Shown: piece after piece, positions 55,509 through 64,000 of the stretch
Position numbering within the stretch: the stretch's first letter is position 1
How the letters are laid out: every line of letters starts with the position of its first letter
Assembly: GCA_964525295.1 (NCBI GenBank)
Contig: CAZGEO010000002.1
Span: forward strand, 193,230 to 257,229
DNA length: 64,000 bases
Source: an uncultured Candidatus Saccharibacteria bacterium
GTDB lineage: Bacteria; Patescibacteriota; Dojkabacteria; GCA-002793355
Direction of reading: 5' to 3'
Made by a program: the position numbers and the translations under genes
The notes under the pieces: generated by a model
Seen by the model: the letters and a program-made list of their open reading frames with translations, nothing else
Databases searched by the model: none
What the model was told of the DNA's origin: nothing

Positions 55509-56798
55509 ATGGCCCAAAATCAGGAGCTAATCAAATATATAAAAGAACAGCTCGCAAAAGGTAAATCAAAAGATGAAATTCGTCAGAAGTTGCGTCAAAC
55601 GGGCTGGATGCCATTAGACATAGATGTCGCTTTTTACGCAGTTCAGGGTAATTCAATTCCAGTTTCACCATCTATTGCCCCAGTTACTACCAATTCAACA
55701 AAAAATAGAAAAAAAGGCGCTTCGCCATTCTTATATTTTCTCCTTTTTGTCGCCCTCTTAGGACTTATGACGGCAAGTGTTATGGCGTACCTGCGCATAC
55801 AACAACCAGATCCGAAACTTGTCTTGTCGCAGATGATCATAAATTTTTCGCAGAATAAATCATTCAATTATTCTGGAACTCTCGAACTAGCCACAAACCT
55901 TGGTGCAATTGCACAGAATGATAATGCTGAAGTAACGCAAGCACTGCAATTCTTAGCGACCGATAAAAATAAAATAGCATTTCAGGGTACGTATAGCGCA
56001 TTGCAAGATAAACCGCAGGCTTTTTCGGTAGTAGCGCAGGCCAACGCTGATTCAAAACCACTTTCTTTTGAAGCAAGATTTTTTGCAGAAAAATTGTATG
56101 TTTTATTAGATTCTGATAGTAAGGCAAATTTTTTAGATTTATCGCAAATTAAAGGGCTGTGGATCTTCATTCCACCAGAACTTCTCACAAGTGATACGGC
56201 AACTCAGCAACAATTGACTGCTGAACAAAGAACTCAAATGCTGACAGAAATTGCTCAGGCAAATATTATCTCGCTTACGCCAATGGGTGACGAAGTTGTT
56301 GCAGGAGTAATGACTTACAAATATAGTTACACGATAGATCAAAAGGCATTAGTTGTGCTTGCTAAGAAACTCGGAGCAATTGCTAATCCTGCAAAGCCGT
56401 TGACATTTACTTCGCTAGAAAATTTGCCACAACAATCGATTTTTGGTGGTGAATTATGGATTGGTAAAGAAAACAAGCAATTGTATAAAATTGTGTTGCA
56501 AATGGTTGGAAAAACTTCGCCAGAAGCGACAGCCGATTCAAGTTTGCTTGCAACAATTGAATTTGGTAGATTCAATGAAGAATTGACCATTTCTGAACCG
56601 AAGGAATATATTGACGCATTAATTGCGTTGCAAAAGATTCTGGTACCTCCAACGGGAAGTGTTCCATCTCCAACACCAAGTGGCACTATAACGCCTACTG
56701 TGTCGATAACGCCCTCGGTCACTCCATCAGTCACAGGTACGCCATCAATGACCCCGAGTGTTACGCCAACCTCGACAGTCCCACTTGTTCCGCTGTAG
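55509..56798 (+). CDS. Membrane-anchored surface protein with a C-terminal Ser/Thr/Pro-rich low-complexity tail, hypothetical.
   Basis: A helical cytoplasmic N-terminus, then a TM (FLYFLLFVALLGLMTASVMAYL), then a soluble domain. The tail is ...PTGSVPSPTPSGTITPTVSITPSVTPSVTGTPSMTPSVTPTSTVPLVPL. Confidence 0.55.
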   Translation: MAQNQELIKYIKEQLAKGKSKDEIRQKLRQTGWMPLDIDVAFYAVQGNSIPVSPSIAPVTTNSTKNRKKGASPFLYFLLFVALLGLMTASVMAYLRIQQPDPKLVLSQMIINFSQNKSFNYSGTLELATNLGAIAQNDNAEVTQALQFLATDKNKIAFQGTYSALQDKPQAFSVVAQANADSKPLSFEARFFAEKLYVLLDSDSKANFLDLSQIKGLWIFIPPELLTSDTATQQQLTAEQRTQMLTEIAQANIISLTPMGDEVVAGVMTYKYSYTIDQKALVVLAKKLGAIANPAKPLTFTSLENLPQQSIFGGELWIGKENKQLYKIVLQMVGKTSPEATADSSLLATIEFGRFNEELTISEPKEYIDALIALQKILVPPTGSVPSPTPSGTITPTVSITPSVTPSVTGTPSMTPSVTPTSTVPLVPL

Positions 56799-56852
56799 TT
56801 GACCTTTCATTCTTGTTGCGTTAGCATGGTTGAGTAAGTTGATTTTCTCACA

Positions 56853-57233
56853 ATGAAAAATAAATCGTTGTTTGTACTAATTGCAGTTTTTCTGTTAATT
56901 GCGTTTGCTCTTCTTGTTTACTACTTCAATTTTAGTGAAACCGCAAAAATCAAACGTATAAATTCCTATTCGTCCTGCATTGCAGCGGGGTATCCTAGTT
57001 TAGAAAGTTTCCCTCCACAATGTAAAACTCCAGATGGTCGCACTTTTGTGGGTACAGAATTACTGACACCGACCGATTCGGCTAAAATTGCTAACCCTGC
57101 ATCAGACAATTGTAAAAAACTTGGAGGAACTTTAGAAATTAAAGATGAAATGGCAGGTCAAGTCGGTTATTGCACTTTACCAAATGGAAAAGTTTGCGAA
57201 GAATGGGCTTTGTTGAGAGGGGAGTGCAAATAG
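56853..57233 (+). CDS. DUF333-type small secreted protein (putative hemolysin-like domain).
   Basis: Signal/TM at the N-terminus. The C-terminal Cys pattern NPASDNCKKLGG...GYCTLPNGKVCEEWALLRGEC is typical of DUF333. Confidence 0.5.
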   Translation: MKNKSLFVLIAVFLLIAFALLVYYFNFSETAKIKRINSYSSCIAAGYPSLESFPPQCKTPDGRTFVGTELLTPTDSAKIANPASDNCKKLGGTLEIKDEMAGQVGYCTLPNGKVCEEWALLRGECK

Positions 57234-57234
57234 C

Positions 57235-57696
57235 ATGAACAATATACAAGAAATATTGAGGGCATTTAATTTACGGGGTTACTCAGATGTAACTGTTGCC
57301 TATGCTGACAATGGTAAAGATGGCAAGATTCTGACTTTACTTGATGGTGGATGGAAATATGAAGATGAGTTTTACGGTGGTGAACCCTATTCAGGTAATG
57401 AGACCATTTGGTTCGAAGATAAGGTCGTCTTTCGCTGTGTGTATTATGGTAGAGTAGCTAAAGGTGAAGATTTTGCGCAGATGTATGGATTTCTTCGTGA
57501 GGCGTTAACAAAAGGGCCAGATACAGGAGTAACGGTACATCGAGGTCCGAAGCAGTATGAAAAAGGTGAGCTCTTGTATACCAATGAATCAACCGGAACG
57601 ATTGAAAATTTTGAACTCATTGAAAGAATTTTCAAGAACGGTAAAGAAGTATATTCCGCAACATTTCTCGGAGGCTTGGTAAACGTACAGAAATAA
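57235..57696 (+). CDS. Hypothetical cytoplasmic protein (153 aa).
   Basis: ORF beginning 2 nt after the previous stop. No motif. Confidence 0.45.
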   Translation: MNNIQEILRAFNLRGYSDVTVAYADNGKDGKILTLLDGGWKYEDEFYGGEPYSGNETIWFEDKVVFRCVYYGRVAKGEDFAQMYGFLREALTKGPDTGVTVHRGPKQYEKGELLYTNESTGTIENFELIERIFKNGKEVYSATFLGGLVNVQK

Positions 57697-57732
57697 TCGC
57701 ATTATGTGTAGTATGTAAACTGTGTATAATGT

Positions 57733-58581
57733 TTGATGAAGCAAAAAAATGGAAAGATCGTTTTACTTACCGGTTGTACTTCAGGAATTGGCCTAGAAAC
57801 AGCACGTGCACTTGCGCACCAGGGTTACTCTCAAATTCTGCTTGGTCGTCGTGAAGAAGCGCTACGTGATTTGCAAAAGGAATTACTGGCAATTAACTCA
57901 AAACTGCGAATCGAATATTTCGTATGTGATTTTGAAAAACTCAATCAGGTCGTTGCAATTGCGAAGCTAATTAATAAAGCGTATCCAAAAATTGACATTC
58001 TTATAAACAATGCAGGAATTTGGGAAAGTAAGCAACGAGATACCGACGAAGGGTTCGACGTTACCTGGGCGGTGAATTATTTCGCTCCATTCTTATTAAC
58101 GTATCATCTGATGCCAACACTTTTAAGTACTGCAAAAGAGACTAAGGATGTGCGAATAGTGAACCTTTCTTCAGAAGCTCATAAATTCGGTAAGATTGAC
58201 TTCAACAAGTTCTTTGATTATTCGTTTAGTAAAACATATGGCTCAACGAAGCTTGCGAATATGCTTCATGCATTTAAGCTCGCACGAGATTTGAAAGATT
58301 CTGATATTTTAGTAAATTGTGTGCACCCTGGCGTTGTTGCCACGGGGCTTTGGCGCAAATTACCGAAGCTCGTTTCTTGGCTGCTTGATAAATTTTTAAT
58401 TTCTCCAGAAGAAGGTGCAAAAACAACGATGGTTGTTGCAACAACTCCAGGATTGAAAGTTACTGGACAGTATTTTGCCGATTCAAAAATTGCAAAAGTA
58501 AAAGACACCGCACTCGATACAAAATTGCAGGATGAGTTGTATCAGTTTACTTTGGAAACACTATCTGAATACATAAAATAA
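57733..58581 (+). CDS. Short-chain dehydrogenase/reductase (SDR).
   Basis: TGCTSGIGLETARAL (TGxxxGxG). NNAG. A YxxxK-type catalytic region (YGSTKLANMLH). Confidence 0.8.
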   Translation: MMKQKNGKIVLLTGCTSGIGLETARALAHQGYSQILLGRREEALRDLQKELLAINSKLRIEYFVCDFEKLNQVVAIAKLINKAYPKIDILINNAGIWESKQRDTDEGFDVTWAVNYFAPFLLTYHLMPTLLSTAKETKDVRIVNLSSEAHKFGKIDFNKFFDYSFSKTYGSTKLANMLHAFKLARDLKDSDILVNCVHPGVVATGLWRKLPKLVSWLLDKFLISPEEGAKTTMVVATTPGLKVTGQYFADSKIAKVKDTALDTKLQDELYQFTLETLSEYIK

Positions 58582-58591
58582 AGTAAGCAAA

Positions 58592-59044
58592 ATGGCAAAA
58601 AGCTGGAATGAGAAACTTCACCCAAAGGGGCATTTCCCAGAAATCGTCATTATTGAGAAAAGAATGCTCGGTGCACTTCCGGGTGAAAAGATGGTGATCG
58701 TTTCTCCAATGGATTATTACAAGAAGATGTCGCAAATTCCTTATGGGCAGGTTAAAACTGTCGCTGAGATGCGTAATGAATTTGCTCAACAATATAATGT
58801 GCAACATGCTTGTCCATTAACCGCAGGCATTTTTGTAAATATCGTGGCTAATGCTGCTGAATCAGAGGCACTCGCGGGAAAGACTGATACTGTTCCGTGG
58901 TGGAGAACGGTTAAGGCGAATGGAGAATTGAATGATAAGTTCCCTGGAGGTTGTGAGGAGCAGAAACACAGGCTTGAAGCAGAAGGTTTAGTGATTGTGA
59001 AAAAAGGCAGTAGGTATTTTGTGGAACAAAAAAATCTTCAATAA
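58592..59044 (+). CDS. Alkyltransferase-like (ATL) / MGMT DNA-binding-domain family protein (putative).
   Basis: VPWWRTVKANGEL sits where MGMT has PCHRVV. As in ATL proteins, Trp replaces the acceptor Cys. Confidence 0.4.
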   Translation: MAKSWNEKLHPKGHFPEIVIIEKRMLGALPGEKMVIVSPMDYYKKMSQIPYGQVKTVAEMRNEFAQQYNVQHACPLTAGIFVNIVANAAESEALAGKTDTVPWWRTVKANGELNDKFPGGCEEQKHRLEAEGLVIVKKGSRYFVEQKNLQ

Positions 59045-59144
59045 ACAATGTTTCACGGGGCAGTTGAGCCGAGTTGTACTTTTATGCGATTTTGTCGACT
59101 GTGAAACCGATTTTTGGCAAATGCAAAAATTTGAAGAAATGTAG

Positions 59145-59813
59145 TTACTCGTATATATAGTAGCCAGTAGGACGACTCTTTTTTGCAAGATAGCCGAATA
59201 ATACTCCAATGAGCAAGCCACCTATGTGGGCAAACCAGGCTACTCCGCCAGAATTTGCTGTTGCGAGTGAACCGAATCCGTTAAAAAATTGTGTGATTGC
59301 CCAGTAACCTAAAAATACCTGTGCTGGTATGTTTTGTTGAAATATTCCTCCGCCAAAAAGCATGAGGGTTTTAATTGAATGCGTGGGGAATACCATCAGA
59401 TAGTATCCGAGAATACCGGCAATTGCTCCGCTTGCGCCTAGTGTCGGAATTGTAGAACTCGGATCGATAGCGTATTGCAGCAATGTTGCACCGATTGCTG
59501 CAACCAAATAAAACAACGTGTATTTAATACTTCCCATGTGCTCTTCAACATTATCGCCAAACACCCACAAAAAGAGCATATTGAAGGCAATGTGAGTGAT
59601 GCCACCGTGTAAAAATGCAGCTGTTATCAAGGTATACCACGTCTCTGGGTTAATAAATGAAAAAAATGCAGGAGTAAATGCCCAATCTCTGTAAAAAGCG
59701 ACGATATCTTCAGTAAATAGTTGAATTATAAAAATGAAGATGTTTAGCGTTAGTATGGTCACTGTTACTACTGGGAAGTTTGAAGATTTTTGTGTATCAC
59801 CAATTGGTATCAT
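59145..59813 (-). CDS. Rhomboid-family intramembrane serine protease.
   Basis: GASGAIAGILGYY (GxSG). AHIGGLLIG (catalytic His). Six TM. 222 aa. Confidence 0.75.
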   Translation of the reverse strand: MIPIGDTQKSSNFPVVTVTILTLNIFIFIIQLFTEDIVAFYRDWAFTPAFFSFINPETWYTLITAAFLHGGITHIAFNMLFLWVFGDNVEEHMGSIKYTLFYLVAAIGATLLQYAIDPSSTIPTLGASGAIAGILGYYLMVFPTHSIKTLMLFGGGIFQQNIPAQVFLGYWAITQFFNGFGSLATANSGGVAWFAHIGGLLIGVLFGYLAKKSRPTGYYIYE

Positions 59814-59914
59814 GAATAATTATACTAGATTGGCATTGAATTTTTTTGCGTTGGTTTGAGCACAGCAATTCAATAACGACTTTCCAATACAGCTTCTGTA
59901 GATTATAATGAAGG

Positions 59915-60547
59915 GTGAAAAGGCTACTCCTTTTTGATTTTGACAGAACTTTGCTCAATACTGACGCCTTGAAAGCTGAGCAAACCTTAAGAATTGCGCG
60001 AATTACGAGAACAACGCCTGAAGAAATTCTTGAGGGCATGCGAGGGTATATTGCAACAATTCCATCTAAAAATGATTTCTCTCCTGAAGGCTATGCACTT
60101 TTTCTGCAGGAAAATTTGGGAGTGAATCCGAGCGATGTATTGAAGATTTACATTACGGTCCCAAGTTATGTTACGGGATTTTTGTATCCTGAAGCTTTGC
60201 CGATTATGACCGAACTACGTGCAAGAGGATACAGACTGGGGATATACTCTGAGGCACGAAAAGAACATCAACGTTTGAAGCTCGAACGCACCGGTGTGCT
60301 TGAATTGTGTGTGCAAAAGTATGTAATTATTGCTAAAAAAAAGGTTGTTGATGAAGTTGTTTTATCACTTCCCCAGGGGACAATTATTGTGGATGATGAC
60401 AGAGGAGTGATTGAAGGTTTGCAACGTTACAGTTCATTAATCGAGCCGATTTGGCTTAATCGTAAGTCAAATGACTCGCACCCCGAAGTGAGAACGATTT
60501 TTTCATTGACTCAGCTTTTGGATATTTTTCCTGCGATAGAATCGTAA
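59915..60547 (+). CDS. HAD-superfamily hydrolase.
   Basis: LLFDFDRTLLNTD (DxDxT motif I). About 210 aa. Confidence 0.65.
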   Translation: MKRLLLFDFDRTLLNTDALKAEQTLRIARITRTTPEEILEGMRGYIATIPSKNDFSPEGYALFLQENLGVNPSDVLKIYITVPSYVTGFLYPEALPIMTELRARGYRLGIYSEARKEHQRLKLERTGVLELCVQKYVIIAKKKVVDEVVLSLPQGTIIVDDDRGVIEGLQRYSSLIEPIWLNRKSNDSHPEVRTIFSLTQLLDIFPAIES

Positions 60548-60580
60548 CTAGACTATCTGAGCGATTTGTTATAATACTCA

Positions 60581-61285
60581 ATGAATATTGCAAATTTTCT
60601 GTATCTTGGGGTTAATTTGGTTACTTTCTTTTCTCCTTTTATTGTTGCGCTGTTTGTTCGTGATCGCGCCTGGGTGTCATTTCGAAAGTATTTTATTTCA
60701 ATTGCTTTCGTTTCGACCGGTTTCCTTATTTGGGATGCTTTCGCAACGACTTTCGGTCATTGGGGATTCGCCAAAGAGTATACGTTGGGGCCAAGAATTT
60801 TTGGTATGCCTCTTGAGGAGATTCTCTTTTTTGTAACTACGCCGTATGCGTGTTTATTCATTTTTGAATCAGTAAAATATTTTTATACGCAAAAGACTGG
60901 CGGTATTGAAATATTGATGAGTGAAGAACAGATGCGAAAAAACAAAATCATCTGGAGGGTCGGCGCTGTTTTTTCGCTACTTGTAACAATGCTTACCTGG
61001 CCAAATTATTATACTGTGACCATTTTTGCCTTACTGTCAATCTTACTTTTCTGGATGTCATATACGAATAATGAGCTATTTCGCAAAATGTCGTTTTGGT
61101 ATGGCATGCTTGTCGTGTATGTGCCATTTTTCATAATGAATTCAATACTGACTTCGTTTCCGGTCGTATGGTATTCTTCAGAAGCAATTATGGGCATTCG
61201 TGTCGGCACAATTCCGCTAGAAGATTTCTTTTATAATTTTAGTTTAATTACCCTTTATAAACTATTGTATGATCGTGTAAAATAA
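60581..61285 (+). CDS. Lycopene-cyclase-domain membrane protein (fused two-repeat CrtYcd-like).
   Basis: Two PxE(E/D) motifs in hydrophobic context: GMPLEEILFF and GTIPLEDFFY. About six TM. Confidence 0.55.
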   Translation: MNIANFLYLGVNLVTFFSPFIVALFVRDRAWVSFRKYFISIAFVSTGFLIWDAFATTFGHWGFAKEYTLGPRIFGMPLEEILFFVTTPYACLFIFESVKYFYTQKTGGIEILMSEEQMRKNKIIWRVGAVFSLLVTMLTWPNYYTVTIFALLSILLFWMSYTNNELFRKMSFWYGMLVVYVPFFIMNSILTSFPVVWYSSEAIMGIRVGTIPLEDFFYNFSLITLYKLLYDRVK

Positions 61286-61288
61286 CTA

Positions 61289-61837
61289 ATGGCATATCAT
61301 TTACACAGAAAGTTTTTAGTTTTAATTGGTAAGGAATTCTCGATAAAAGACGATGTAGGGCAGACAGTCGCTTATGCAAGGCAGAAAGCTTTTAAGTTAC
61401 GCGAAGAAATTATCGTTTATGAAAATGAATCGATGAGTGACGCACTTTTCAGCATCAAAGCTCGAAATATTATTGATTTTAATGGTACTTACGATATTAT
61501 TGAGCACGGTTCAGGGCAAATCATTGCAAGCTTACAACGCCAAGGGTTTGCCTCGATGCTTCGTGATGAATGGAAGGTATTTAATTCTTCTGGTGCTGAA
61601 ATTGGCTTAATTCAAGAGGAATCGATGGGGCTTGCGCTTATTCGCAGGTTCTTGTTAAACCTGATTCCACAGAAGTTTGATTTTAGAATTGGTACCGAAG
61701 ATGTAGGTGGTTTTCAACAGGAATTTAACCTTTTCTTCTATAACCTTGCAATTGAGGTAAAAGAAGATGTTATCGATCGTCGAGTGGCATTTGCTGCAGC
61801 GATTTTACTTGGCGCCATTGAGGGGAGACAAGAGTAA
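61289..61837 (+). CDS. Tubby-C-like / LURP-one-related (DUF567) family protein (putative).
   Basis: 182 aa. The assignment rests on remembered overall resemblance to the DUF567/tubby-like family, not on any specific motif. Confidence 0.35.
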   Translation: MAYHLHRKFLVLIGKEFSIKDDVGQTVAYARQKAFKLREEIIVYENESMSDALFSIKARNIIDFNGTYDIIEHGSGQIIASLQRQGFASMLRDEWKVFNSSGAEIGLIQEESMGLALIRRFLLNLIPQKFDFRIGTEDVGGFQQEFNLFFYNLAIEVKEDVIDRRVAFAAAILLGAIEGRQE

Positions 61838-62226
61838 TGGTACTCAAAAAAGCACAAGTTTGGGGAATTCTTTTGTTGCTGGGTATTGCTTTGATAGGTT
61901 TTTTTATTGTTAAAAAAGGGTTCTCGCAACAAGACGTCGCAGGTGTCTCTAACGTTATTGATTCTGAGGTAATTAGAATTTTTGCAAGAGGTAGTTATCA
62001 GCCAAAACAGGTGACAGTTTCTGCTGGAAAGCAGCTAACCTTGCGAATGGTTACAAATAGTACATACGACTGCACAGCAGCATTAGTTGTTCCAAAACTT
62101 GGTATTAATACAACACTTCCCCCGACAGCTGAAACTGACTTTGTTATTCCACCACAAGTTGCTGGAACTGTAATCACGGGCTCGTGTTCGTCGGGCTCAG
62201 ATGGATTTCAAATCAAATTCTTGTAA
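61837..62226 (+). CDS. Membrane-anchored cupredoxin-like beta-sandwich protein (putative metal-binding).
   Basis: N-terminal TM, then KQVTVSAGKQLTLRMVTNSTYDCTAALVVP...TGSCSSG. Translationally coupled to the downstream HMA-domain gene. Confidence 0.35.
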   Translation: MVLKKAQVWGILLLLGIALIGFFIVKKGFSQQDVAGVSNVIDSEVIRIFARGSYQPKQVTVSAGKQLTLRMVTNSTYDCTAALVVPKLGINTTLPPTAETDFVIPPQVAGTVITGSCSSGSDGFQIKFL

Positions 62227-63264
62227 GTGAGTAAAGTTTCCGAAGTTCAAAAAGAATTCTCTGTGCAGGGAATGGATTGTGACTCTTGCGAGCTGTTTGT
62301 AGAACATGCTGCACGTCGCATTCCTGGCGTATTGGCAGCAGAAGCTGATAAAGTTTCAGGAAAACTTAAGGTATCGATTTTGCCAGAATATAATGAAAAC
62401 GATATCATTTCACACCTTGAAAAATATTTAGCTGGTTCGAATTATTCACTCATTACAACAAAACGAGTAGTGAGTGAATCAAGAAAGGGAAAGGTGGCGG
62501 CGACAGCCGTCGCCGCCACCTTTATTTTCATATTCTTACTACTTCAAAAACTTGATTTAGTGTCAATCTATTCACCAGATGCATTGACCCCTTTTGCGAT
62601 TATTATTATGGGAATTATCGCCTCGTTGTCATCGTGTATGGCAATTGTTGGCGCGGTTGCCTTAGCTCTCGCGAATCGATTAGAGAGCGCCCAGCGGAAA
62701 ATCGGTATTGCGTTATTTCATGTTGGGCGGGTGGTGGGGTTTGCCGTACTTGGCGGCATATTAGGTGCTACTTTCGCGGGAATCTCGAATACTGGAGGGA
62801 ATAGTTTAGTAACGGCAAGTATTGAATTACTCGTTGCAGTCATATTGTTGTTTTTAGGTCTTGACACAATGGGAATAAAACTTCCCTTCTCGGTTGTTCT
62901 GCCGAAATTTTTTGGTGCTCAGGCAACCAAACTTTTCGATAAAAATGGACTGTTTTTTTCGTTACTCATCGGCATCAGCACCTTCTTTTTGCCCTGTGGT
63001 TTTACCCAAGCAATGCAATTTCAGGCAGCACTTTCGGGAAGCTTTGTTGAAGGTGCCAAAATTATGTTGCTTTTTGCAATTGGAACATTTCCTTTATTGG
63101 CTCTTATGAGTTTTGGCTCAACTGCACGAATTAAATTACTGCAAACAGATGAATGGAAGCGTGCGATGGGGTTGATTATCGTCTTTTTTGCTGTACTCAA
63201 TCTTCTCGGCGCCGGGGTAAAGTTCGGTATTCTGCCACTTTCTCTTGTAGATTTTCTATTGTAA
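62227..63264 (+). CDS. Heavy-metal-associated (HMA) domain fused to a polytopic permease (putative metal transporter).
   Basis: N-terminal FSVQGMDCDSCELFVEHAARRIPGV (GMxCxxC HMA motif), followed by about eight TM helices with intramembrane Cys residues (SLSSCMAIVG, FFLPCGFTQ). Confidence 0.6.
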   Translation: MSKVSEVQKEFSVQGMDCDSCELFVEHAARRIPGVLAAEADKVSGKLKVSILPEYNENDIISHLEKYLAGSNYSLITTKRVVSESRKGKVAATAVAATFIFIFLLLQKLDLVSIYSPDALTPFAIIIMGIIASLSSCMAIVGAVALALANRLESAQRKIGIALFHVGRVVGFAVLGGILGATFAGISNTGGNSLVTASIELLVAVILLFLGLDTMGIKLPFSVVLPKFFGAQATKLFDKNGLFFSLLIGISTFFLPCGFTQAMQFQAALSGSFVEGAKIMLLFAIGTFPLLALMSFGSTARIKLLQTDEWKRAMGLIIVFFAVLNLLGAGVKFGILPLSLVDFLL

Positions 63265-63390
63265 AGCGAGAGTAGCACTCCTATGAAGGCGTGGGGGCAA
63301 GTAGTTTCCACGAAGTGAACGCGAAGCGTTGAATTATTGAGCCCAAAACTACGAAGTCATTTTTCAGTAAAGTTGTGAGGTCGGGTATAG

Positions 63391-64000
63391 CTACACTAAT
63401 TGTTTCAATTGAATTGTCAATGTCTGAAATTTTCCAAGGTAATCAATGGTAAAAGTTTGCGATACAGTTTGATAACCATTCTTTTGTAGAAATAGTCTAT
63501 ATTGACCTGGTGGAATCTTTGCTCGGATATTTCCGAATATGCCACCAGGTACACGATAGCGATGCCCATCCTTCTCTGATATGAATTGAGCATAGACAAA
63601 TGGGAGTAAATGTCCTGAGCCGTTCTTCGTTTTAAGTAAAATGGGCTTACTCACTACGAATCCAAACCAAGTGCAAGAAAGTAGAACCGCAGCAACGAGA
63701 GTTGTGAAAAGAAGATTTTTTGAGATAGAAGGAACTTCAGATACATCTGTAGGAAGGATTGGTAACTTTCCTGTGTCAAAGAGAAAATTTTCTATTCGTG
63801 TGTTACCTGTAAGATCTGAAATTTTTACCTGAGCAGTGAGTTTTCCTGTCGCTGAGTTAAGCTTTGAATTCGTGATGAGTTTGACAGTAAATTTGTATGA
63901 AGTTTTTGTGCCAGTAACTTCAATTGATTCAGGAGTTGAAAGAATTGAATAACTTGTATCAAGTATGCGCAGTAAGAAGCTTTCAGGGCTTAGTCCATTT
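63391..64000 (-). CDS. Membrane-anchored protein, hypothetical. Its 5' end lies beyond the right window edge.
   Basis: Hand translation shows an open frame from the window edge to the stop at 63391. An internal hydrophobic anchor KNLLFTTLVAAVLLSCTWFGFVV is followed by a soluble C-terminal domain of about 85 aa. Confidence 0.4.
   Translation of the reverse strand, partial: NGLSPESFLLRILDTSYSILSTPESIEVTGTKTSYKFTVKLITNSKLNSATGKLTAQVKISDLTGNTRIENFLFDTGKLPILPTDVSEVPSISKNLLFTTLVAAVLLSCTWFGFVVSKPILLKTKNGSGHLLPFVYAQFISEKDGHRYRVPGGIFGNIRAKIPPGQYRLFLQKNGYQTVSQTFTIDYLGKFQTLTIQLKQLV

Noticed and set aside
1-64000. CRISPR arrays, insertion sequences and integrase or transposase genes.
   Set aside because: No regularly spaced direct repeats, no terminal inverted repeats bounding an ORF, and no recognisable recombinase motifs were seen in any long ORF.

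Overview
This 64-kb window looks like a gene-dense chromosomal segment from a low-GC (roughly 35-40% by eye), small-genome bacterium. Code 11 stop usage looks normal; RF2 is present. Genes often overlap by 4-16 nt.

The window is dominated by housekeeping genes:
- recA-recJ, and dprA-topA-radC.
- rpsB-tsf-frr-rseP (S2, EF-Ts, RRF, site-2 protease).
- A T-box leader in front of an archaeal-type proS, followed by rpsU-ybeY-pth-hpf.
- gatCAB with gltX and a tRNA-Gln(CUG), consistent with Gln-tRNA being made by transamidation.
- ftsE-ftsX-M23 (EnvC-like) peptidase operon.
- prfB, gpmI, a MurJ-like flippase, pyrD, trxA, and an asymmetric heterodimeric ABC exporter.

Three tRNAs are present: Pro(GGG), Gln(CUG) and Ser(CGA). 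All three sit next to unusual sequence:
- tRNA-Pro is flanked by partial copies of its own sequence.
- tRNA-Gln has a near-exact copy of its 3' end 140 nt downstream.
- tRNA-Ser is followed by an AT-rich orphan gene with a possible PD-(D/E)xK nuclease motif.

Other things worth a second look:
- A Fic-like protein with a destroyed HPFx(D/E)GNGR motif, translationally coupled to gatC.
- A roughly 270-nt hairpin-rich leader (including a perfect 16-bp inverted repeat) behind a consensus promoter, ahead of a small secreted protein.
- A CsoR/RcnR/CstR-family repressor whose own promoter holds an ACCCC-N-GGGGT palindrome, followed by trxA.
- A short RF2 with no frameshift site, only 21 bp from the divergent gpmI start.
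- A Tat-signal lipoprotein of about 766 aa with a small downstream partner.
- An ACT-less prephenate-dehydratase-like gene next to an ABC-2 transporter.

No CRISPR array, transposase or integrase is recognisable. Every functional call is from motif-level reading of the translated ORFs; none was checked against a database.
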